Positions 57,588 through 64,000 of a stretch of 64,000 bases of DNA are shown here, in pieces. The translations under genes and the position numbers were made by a program. Numbering within the stretch: the first letter of the stretch is position 1; each line of letters opens with the position of its first letter. Source of the stretch: Myxococcota bacterium (GTDB lineage: Bacteria; Myxococcota_A; UBA9160; SZUA-336); NCBI GenBank assembly GCA_965247115.1, contig CBDFGR010000003.1, positions 1,312,001 through 1,376,000 of the forward strand, in the 5' to 3' direction. The notes beneath the pieces were generated by a model, which was given only the letters and a program-made list of their open reading frames with translations, had not been told where the DNA came from and searched no databases.

Positions 57588-58909
57588 ACCTGCTGGAGTG
57601 GGCCGAGCGGTTCATCTCCACGCCCTCGGTCTCGGCGGACGGCAACACGGAGATCGCCGCAAGGGCGTGCGAGCTCCTTGCTGAGATCGGCCTCGAGGCG
57701 CGACGCGAGCCCACGCAGGTCGACGGGGTGCTCCACGAGACCGTCATCGCCGACCTGGGGCCGCGCGGCGCGGATGGTCTGCTGCTCTTGACCCACCTGG
57801 ACACGGTGCCTCCCGGAGATCCCGAGGCCTGGACGTCGACGGGCTCGGACCCTTGGAAACCGACCCGCGAAGAGGATCGGCTCTACGGCCTTGGCTCCGC
57901 CGACGCCAAGGTCGACTTCGTCTGCAAGGTGGTCGGACTGGCCGGGGTGGACCGCGCGAGAATCGGACGACCCGTGCGCGTGATCGGGAGCTTCGGCGAG
58001 GAGGTCGGACTGCTCGGTGCTCGCTGGCTGATCGACCACGGTCTGGCCGAGGGATTCCGCTACGCGCTCGTCGGTGAGCCCTCAGAGCTGGTGGCCATTC
58101 ACGCCCACAAGGGTCGCAGGGTCTACGAAGCGCGCATCCCCCTCGAGCCCCTCGGCGAGGTCGCCGGACGTGTGGAAAGTCAGAGCTTCGCCGGACGCTC
58201 GGCGCACTCGAGCTCTCCGCAGCTGGGTGCGAACGCAATCGACGCCGCCCTCGGCAGGCTCGCGCGCAGCGACGTGGTCGGGCTCGTGGACGTCGATGGT
58301 GGCGAGGCCGTCAACAAGGTTCCAGAGCGCTGCGCGCTGGAGCTGCTCGTGGAGGACGTCGGAGCGAGCGCCGCTGCCAGCGCATGGCGCGTGGCGCCGT
58401 TGCTGCGCTTCCACGCGGCCCTGCAGGGGATGCTGCAGAAGCTCACGAAGCGCCGCGACCCAAGCTTCGATCCGGATCACAGCGTGGGCAGCCTCGGTCG
58501 GGCAAGACTGCGCAACGGCATGGTCATACTCGAGTTCGATCTGCGGCCGATCCCCGGTATCGACGTGGACGAGGCCGTCGCCCCACTGCGGGAGCTGGCG
58601 GAGCTCGAGTGCTTGCGCGTCAACCCGCCGCTCTCCACCTCGCTCGACTCGCCGCTGGTGAGTGCCGTCTGCGCAGCGCAAGAGTCCCTTGGCCTCGGGC
58701 GTCGCATCGGCACCAAGGCGACGTGTACGGAGGCGGGAATCCTGTCGGACTCCGGCCTCGACGCGCTCGTCATCGGACCGGGGACCTCGGTCGGTAACGT
58801 GCACCGTCCCAACGAGTACACGCGGGTGAGTCAGCTGGAGCAGGCCGGAGCGCTCTATCGGCACGTCGTGTCCACGTTCTGCGTCCAGGAGGCCGACGCA
58901 TGTTCCTGA
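57581..58909 (+). CDS. M20 metallopeptidase/deacylase (ArgE/DapE-like)
   Basis: THLDTV, GLGSADAK, GEEVG, VGEPS, SAHSS and HRPNE motifs. Confidence 0.88.
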   Translation: MLNLLEWAERFISTPSVSADGNTEIAARACELLAEIGLEARREPTQVDGVLHETVIADLGPRGADGLLLLTHLDTVPPGDPEAWTSTGSDPWKPTREEDRLYGLGSADAKVDFVCKVVGLAGVDRARIGRPVRVIGSFGEEVGLLGARWLIDHGLAEGFRYALVGEPSELVAIHAHKGRRVYEARIPLEPLGEVAGRVESQSFAGRSAHSSSPQLGANAIDAALGRLARSDVVGLVDVDGGEAVNKVPERCALELLVEDVGASAAASAWRVAPLLRFHAALQGMLQKLTKRRDPSFDPDHSVGSLGRARLRNGMVILEFDLRPIPGIDVDEAVAPLRELAELECLRVNPPLSTSLDSPLVSAVCAAQESLGLGRRIGTKATCTEAGILSDSGLDALVIGPGTSVGNVHRPNEYTRVSQLEQAGALYRHVVSTFCVQEADACS

Positions 58910-59943
58910 TGAGGCCTGCAGGACCCGACGACCTCGCTGCCATCCTCGTGCTGGCGCAGTACCTCGACAGCCCGAATCTTCCGGCAGACGAGGGATTCTT
59001 GAGCGCGCGGCTCGAACGCTCGGAAGTGTCCTTCGCGCGACTCGGTCCGCCCTGTGCGGAGCGCGAGTACCAGTTCGCGTTAGAAGACGAGACGAAGGGC
59101 GTCGTGGGCACATGCGTCATCCTGGCGAAGCACGGAACTGTGCAGATGCCACACCTGTTTCTGCGCGTGCGCGAAGAAGAGCGCCGCTCGAAGAGCGTCG
59201 GCGTGTGCGTCAAGCATGTCACGCTCCAGCTCGGGGCCTCACGCGACGGCCCCACCGAGCTCGGCGCGCTCATCCTGCACCCGGACCTTCGCGGTCGAGC
59301 AGGGCAGCCGGGCAAGCTGCTCTCGTGGGGTCGCTTCGCGTTCATCGCCCGCCACCCCGAAGCCTTCGAGGCTACGGTACTGGCCGAGATGCGAGCGGCC
59401 ATCGACGCGCAGGGCCGGAGCGCGTTCTGGGACGCCTTCGGCCGCCACTTCACTGGAATGTCCTACGTAGATGCCGATCGGCTGAGTGCGACCGAGAAGA
59501 GCTTCATCCTGGACCTGTTCCCAGACACGCCGTTCTACGCGGCCCTGCTGGACGAGCCAGCAGCGAGAGAGCTCGGCCAGGTGCACGATGAGGCCTTTCC
59601 AGCTCTGCGCCTGCTGGAGAAGGCGGGGCTGCGCTGGATCGGCGAGATAGACCCCTTCGACGGCGGGCCCTTCGTCGGAGCCGCCGTGTCGGAGATCGTT
59701 CCGGTCCGCGAGAGCGTCACCGGACGGCTCGGGACGGGGTGTCCGCCCGAGGGCGCTCGCCCCGCCATCGTGTCCACCGAGGAAGCCGGGTCGTTCCGAG
59801 CGACGATTGCGCCCGCGCTTTCGGATGGGATCGAGATCTGCCTGTCCAACGAGGCGCGCAAGCGCCTCGAGCTGCGCGCCGGTGAAGAGGTAACGAGCAC
59901 ACCTCTTCCACCACCGAGCCCAAGAGGGAATGGGAATGGCTGA
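58900..59943 (+). CDS. astA: Arginine N-succinyltransferase
   Basis: NLPAD, YQFALED, TELGALILHP, GKLLS..RF.FIA, LAEMR, FW...GRHF..M.Y..AD and DPFDGGP motifs. Confidence 0.9.
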   Translation: MFLMRPAGPDDLAAILVLAQYLDSPNLPADEGFLSARLERSEVSFARLGPPCAEREYQFALEDETKGVVGTCVILAKHGTVQMPHLFLRVREEERRSKSVGVCVKHVTLQLGASRDGPTELGALILHPDLRGRAGQPGKLLSWGRFAFIARHPEAFEATVLAEMRAAIDAQGRSAFWDAFGRHFTGMSYVDADRLSATEKSFILDLFPDTPFYAALLDEPAARELGQVHDEAFPALRLLEKAGLRWIGEIDPFDGGPFVGAAVSEIVPVRESVTGRLGTGCPPEGARPAIVSTEEAGSFRATIAPALSDGIEICLSNEARKRLELRAGEEVTSTPLPPPSPRGNGNG

Positions 59944-61438
59944 CCCTTCTCCCTTCGAGCCTCGTGGCGACTACATCGACGGACACTTCTCGCTACCCGA
60001 GCACAGCTCTGGAGAGATCGCACTGGAGGAGCCGGGAGATCTGACCGCGCTGACCGGCGCGTTTCCGTTCTCGTGGGACGCCGTCGACGCCGCGGTGGGG
60101 GCCGCGCGGCGCGCCTACCCCCGTTGGCGGGACACGGATCCAGCCGAACGTGCCATCTGCTTGAGACGCTTTGCGGAGATCATCGAGGCGGATCGGGAGC
60201 ACCTGGCCGAGCTGATCGCGCGCGAAGTGGGGAAACCGCTCTGGGAGGCGAGCACAGAGGTCTCGGCCATGGTCGGCAAGGTCGCGATCACCCTGGGCCA
60301 GGGGTTGGATCTCGTCCAGGAGCGCAGCTTCCCGGCGGCGGGCGGGCGCGTTGCGCGCTGGAGCTGGCACTCGCGAGGTGTGCTGGCCGTGCTGGGCCCG
60401 TTCAACTTCCCGGGACACCTGTCCCACGGTCACATCGTCCCCGCTCTGGCTACCGGAAACTGTGTCGTGCTGAAGCCCTCGGAGCAGGCGCCGGCCATCG
60501 CACAGCGCTACGCAGAGCTCGCGGATCGTGCGGGCTTCCCCCCGGGCGTACTCAACGTGGTGCAGGGCGACGGAGAGCAGGGCGCCCGTCTCTCCGCGCA
60601 TACCGGGGTCAACGGGGTGCTCTTCACCGGCTCTTACGCGGTCGGCCGCCGCATCCTCGAGGCGACACTCGGTCAGCCGCACAAGCTGGTAGCGCTCGAG
60701 ATGGGCGGGAAGAACGGCGTGCTCGTCTGCGATGACGCCGACCTGGACGTGGCGGCGGCTAACATCGCTTTCGCGACCTGCGTCACCGCCGGCCAGCGCT
60801 GCAGCATGACGAGTCGGGTGATCGCCCTGCGAGAGGTGGCGGACGAGCTCGCCGAGCGCCTGGTCACACTCTTCGAACAGATCGCGATCGGCTACCCCCT
60901 GGACCCCGGCGTGTTCATGGGACCGCTGATCTCGACACAAGCGCGGGCCCGCCACGACGCCGTCATCGAGTGGGCGCGCGAAGAGGGCGCAGAGCTCCTG
61001 GTCGCGGGAGGACCGTGCGAGGGTCCGCGCCGCGGGCACTACGTTCGGCCGACCCTGCACCGGGTGCCGGCGCTGTCAAAGGGTCTCTATCAGACCGAGG
61101 AGCACTTCGTGCCCGACGCGGCCCTGCTCGAGGTGGACTCCCTGGAGGAGGGGATTACCGCACTCGGAGCCGGCGACTACGGCCTGGCGAACAGCGTGTT
61201 CAGCGCCAGTCGCGCGAGCTTCGAGCGCGTGCTTCGCGAGTCGCGCGTGGGAGTGCTGAACTGGAACACCGCCACCGTCGGTGCCTCTTCGGAGCTGCCC
61301 TTTGGGGGCGTGGGGAAGAGCGGGAACGATCGACCCGCAGGGGTCCTCTCCACGCAGTACTGCAGCTACCCTGTCGCGAGTCTGGAGATCGCCCAGCCAG
61401 GCCCCCCTGCGGCCTACCCCGGCTTTCCAGTGAAGTGA
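59936..61438 (+). CDS. astD: Succinylglutamate-semialdehyde dehydrogenase-like ALDH
   Basis: GKPLWEA.TEV.AM..K, GPFNFPGHL, FTGS, ALEMGG, TAGQRC and SGNDRP motifs. Confidence 0.87.
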   Translation: MADPSPFEPRGDYIDGHFSLPEHSSGEIALEEPGDLTALTGAFPFSWDAVDAAVGAARRAYPRWRDTDPAERAICLRRFAEIIEADREHLAELIAREVGKPLWEASTEVSAMVGKVAITLGQGLDLVQERSFPAAGGRVARWSWHSRGVLAVLGPFNFPGHLSHGHIVPALATGNCVVLKPSEQAPAIAQRYAELADRAGFPPGVLNVVQGDGEQGARLSAHTGVNGVLFTGSYAVGRRILEATLGQPHKLVALEMGGKNGVLVCDDADLDVAAANIAFATCVTAGQRCSMTSRVIALREVADELAERLVTLFEQIAIGYPLDPGVFMGPLISTQARARHDAVIEWAREEGAELLVAGGPCEGPRRGHYVRPTLHRVPALSKGLYQTEEHFVPDAALLEVDSLEEGITALGAGDYGLANSVFSASRASFERVLRESRVGVLNWNTATVGASSELPFGGVGKSGNDRPAGVLSTQYCSYPVASLEIAQPGPPAAYPGFPVK

Positions 61439-62337
61439 CGCATACCATCCTGATGGGCGACCCGACCCACTTCTCCGTCGTGGGTGGCGCCAATCCACAC
61501 ACACGCGACCGCTACGGCCGCAAGAAAAAAGTCGACCGTGAGCTTGCAAAGCACCAGTGGGCACGCTTGCGCGAGCAGCTGCTGGAGCTAGGGCTGCACG
61601 TCCTTGTCATTCCCCCCGACCCCGCGCACCCCGGCCTGGTGTACCCCGCGAACGCGGGCTTCCGCAGCGGGGACGAGTTCATCCTCTCGAACCTCACCCC
61701 GACCCGCTCGGGGGAGCAGCCCGCCTACCGGCGGGCGATCGAGGGATCGGGCCTGCGCTGTCATACGATCCAGAGCCGCTTCGAAGGTGAAGCAGACCTG
61801 TTTCCAGCGGGTGACAGGTACATCTTCACCTTCGGCGGCATCGTGCGTCAGCGTTTCGTACCGAGGCTGGGCTGGCCGCCTTGGCGTCGCATCTACGGCT
61901 TTCGCAGCGAGCCCGAGAGCCTGGCCGAAATCGAGGCGATCCACCCGCTCGACCGCGACGTACTTCGGATCCGTCTGATCGATGAGCGCTACTACCACGG
62001 CGACACGTGCCTGTGCTCGTTCGGGCCAACGCGCGAGTTCCTGCTCGCCTACTCTCCCGCAATCGAGCCCGCGTCGCTCGGGATACTGCGCGCGGTGCTC
62101 GGCGACCAGCTGCTCGAGATCGGCGACGAAGACGCCGCGATCTACGCCGCGAACTCGTTCGCGTTCACCCGCCAAGGAACGCCTTTCCTCGTGATGCCAG
62201 AGGGAATCACGAGCTCACTTCAGCACGCGGTGACCGACCGTGGAGTCGAGATCCTCTCGGCCGACGTCTCCGAGTTCCACAAGAAGGGCGGCGGCTCCGT
62301 CAAGTGCATGATCGGAGACCTGGGGGAAGCCCCCTAG
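61435..62337 (+). CDS. Pentein (amidinotransferase/dimethylarginase/ArgZ-like guanidino hydrolase)
   Basis: LMGDPTHF.V...NP, VYPANAG, FEGEAD, YHGDTC and EFHKKGGGSVKCM (catalytic Cys); GTG overlaps the astD stop. Confidence 0.87.
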   Translation: MTHTILMGDPTHFSVVGGANPHTRDRYGRKKKVDRELAKHQWARLREQLLELGLHVLVIPPDPAHPGLVYPANAGFRSGDEFILSNLTPTRSGEQPAYRRAIEGSGLRCHTIQSRFEGEADLFPAGDRYIFTFGGIVRQRFVPRLGWPPWRRIYGFRSEPESLAEIEAIHPLDRDVLRIRLIDERYYHGDTCLCSFGPTREFLLAYSPAIEPASLGILRAVLGDQLLEIGDEDAAIYAANSFAFTRQGTPFLVMPEGITSSLQHAVTDRGVEILSADVSEFHKKGGGSVKCMIGDLGEAP

Positions 62338-62453
62338 ATCCGGATGCTTCCCCTTGATCATCGCGCGCGAACGATCCGCGGGCGTGCCCAGGGTTCAGAA
62401 TGGATCCACGGCCTGGACCCCACGATCGGCGTTGCGCTGGCCCATGTATCCGA

Positions 62454-62585
62454 CTAGCGACTCGAACGCGACGACGACCCCTTGCTGCGCGCGGGCTGAG
62501 GCAACCCCGACGCCCCGAGGTCGCTCAGCGCGGCGCGGACCTCCTCGAACTTGAACGGCTTGATGATCGTCTGGATGAGTTTCAT
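62454..62585 (-). pseudogene. glnK: Truncated P-II regulator (GlnK/GlnB) remnant, 43 aa
   Basis: AGGAGG SD, then MKLIQTIIKPFKFEEVRAALSDLG; similarity is then lost in all frames (no T-loop). Confidence 0.8.
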
Positions 62586-62596
62586 CGCCCGACCTC

Positions 62597-63835
62597 CTAG
62601 ATGTCGTAGCCCGCTTCGGCGTGCAGGGTCGTGTCGAGCCCGGTCATCTCTTCGTCGTCGCTGACGCGCAGGCCGATCGTGGCGTCGATGCCCTTGAAGA
62701 TGACCCACGACACCGCCGCCGTGTAGACGACCGCGATCACAGCCGCGGTGAGCTGCGTGAGCATCTGGCTGCCGATCGCGAGGTCGCCCTGGTTGCCGCC
62801 GAAGTAGCTCGCGGCGAAGAGCCCCGCCAGCACGGTGCCGACGAACCCACCGACGCCGTGCACGCCGAACACGTCCAGGGAGTCGTCGTAACCCACGACG
62901 CGCTTGACCACGATCGAGGCCCACCAGCAGATCGAGCCCGAGGCCAGCCCGATCGCGAGCCCCCCGAAGGGACCGATGAAGCCCGAAGCGGGAGTGACCG
63001 CCGCGAGCCCCGCGATCGCCCCGGTGGCCAGGCCGAGAACGCTGGGCTTGCCGTTCTTGATCCACTCGATGCCCATCCAGGTGAGCGCCGCGGTCGAGGC
63101 GGAGATCTGCGTGACGACGATGGCCATGGCGGCGTCGCCGTTCGCGGCGAGCGCGCTGCCGCCGTTGAAGCCGTACCAGCCGACCCACAGCATCGCCGCG
63201 CCGGTCGCCGTCATGGTCATGTTGTGCGGCGGCATCGGCGAGTTCGGGTAGCCCGAGCGCGGACCGATGACGATACACGCGACCAGGGCGGCCACTCCCG
63301 CCGTGATGTGCACGACGATGCCGCCCGCGAAGTCGAAGACACCCATGTCGGCGAAGAAACCACCGTCCCCGCCCCAGGTCATGTGGCAGATGGGCGCGTA
63401 GACCAAGAGGAGCCACAGCGCGGAGAACCAGAGCATGGCCGAGAACTTCATCCGCTCCGCGAACGCACCAACGATCAGGGCGGGAGTGATGATCGCGAAG
63501 GTCATCTGGAAGACAAAGAAGAGGATCTCAGGGATCGTGCCTGAGAGCACGCCTGCGTCGATGCCCCGCACGAAGAACTTGCCCAGGCCGCCCACGAAGG
63601 AGTGCAGGTTCGTCACCCCGGCAGACATGCCGGTCGAATCGAAGGCCAGGCTGTAGCCGGCGATGGTCCACAAGACGGTGATCATCCCCGTGAGCGCCAG
63701 GCACTGCATGAGCACCGAGAGCACGTTCTTGACGCGGACGAGGCCGCCGTAGAACAGCGCGAGTCCCGGAATCGTCATGAAGAGGACGAGCGCTGTAGCC
63801 ACAAGGATCCAGGCCGTGTCGCCGCTGTTGAGCAT
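62597..63835 (-). CDS. amtB: Ammonium transporter
   Basis: DTAW..LVLFM..GLALFYGG, FQMTFA, AERM, DFAGG.VVH, GWYGFNGGS and DDSLDVFGVHG motifs. Confidence 0.97.
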   Translation of the reverse strand: MLNSGDTAWILVATALVLFMTIPGLALFYGGLVRVKNVLSVLMQCLALTGMITVLWTIAGYSLAFDSTGMSAGVTNLHSFVGGLGKFFVRGIDAGVLSGTIPEILFFVFQMTFAIITPALIVGAFAERMKFSAMLWFSALWLLLVYAPICHMTWGGDGGFFADMGVFDFAGGIVVHITAGVAALVACIVIGPRSGYPNSPMPPHNMTMTATGAAMLWVGWYGFNGGSALAANGDAAMAIVVTQISASTAALTWMGIEWIKNGKPSVLGLATGAIAGLAAVTPASGFIGPFGGLAIGLASGSICWWASIVVKRVVGYDDSLDVFGVHGVGGFVGTVLAGLFAASYFGGNQGDLAIGSQMLTQLTAAVIAVVYTAAVSWVIFKGIDATIGLRVSDDEEMTGLDTTLHAEAGYDI

Positions 63836-64000
63836 AGGGTCCCTTCTGCGTGTCGCGCGGGGATAGTCCGCAACGGGCCTTATACCCCGAAGCCTGCACG
63901 CCCGGCTATTACAACAACGAGGGCAAGGTGGGCGAGCGCGTGGCCTGACCAGCGAAATCTGTACGCCGGGAGCCAACGCGTTGAATGCGCTTCTCGTTGA

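Noticed and set aside
63836..64000. Glutamine riboswitch or sigma54 promoter upstream of amtB
   Set aside because: No convincing glnA-motif core or TGGCAC-N5-TTGC match, and the region is cut by the window edge.

Overview
A 64-kb, GC-rich, gene-dense chromosomal segment from a diderm bacterium (BamD, LolA, Lgt). It is probably Myxococcota or a related deltaproteobacterial lineage, inferred from a TIGR02266-type PilZ protein, DUF1844 and recA-pilT-alaS synteny. Most of it is housekeeping: an ispE-tRNA-Gln-prs-rplY-pth-hppA / rpsF-rpsR-rplI-dnaB-ldcA-mpl run, pgpA-cinA-thpR-recA-pilT-alaS, ruvX-mltG, uppP-ftsK-lolA, ssb, radC, moaC, ETF:QO, nrdJ with tandem NrdR boxes, npdG and amtB. The standout is a complete, intact actinobacterial-style Pup-proteasome operon (arc-dop-pup-prcB-prcA-pafA). 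It has a Glu-terminated Pup, is followed by a small coiled-coil membrane protein and an orphan mreB, and is preceded by a sigma70 promoter and a ~370-nt structured leader with a terminator and competing hairpin. Other points of interest are a non-canonical arginine succinyltransferase operon (DUF971-M20-astA-astD-ArgZ-like pentein), two families of palindromic interspersed repeats (one apparently read in frame into a lipoprotein gene), a perfect 53-bp palindrome, a probable CC-adding enzyme, ispE ending inside tRNA-Gln, a frameshifted pgpA and a truncated glnK. I saw no CRISPR array, transposase or prophage. All calls rest on motif recognition by eye; no searches were run.
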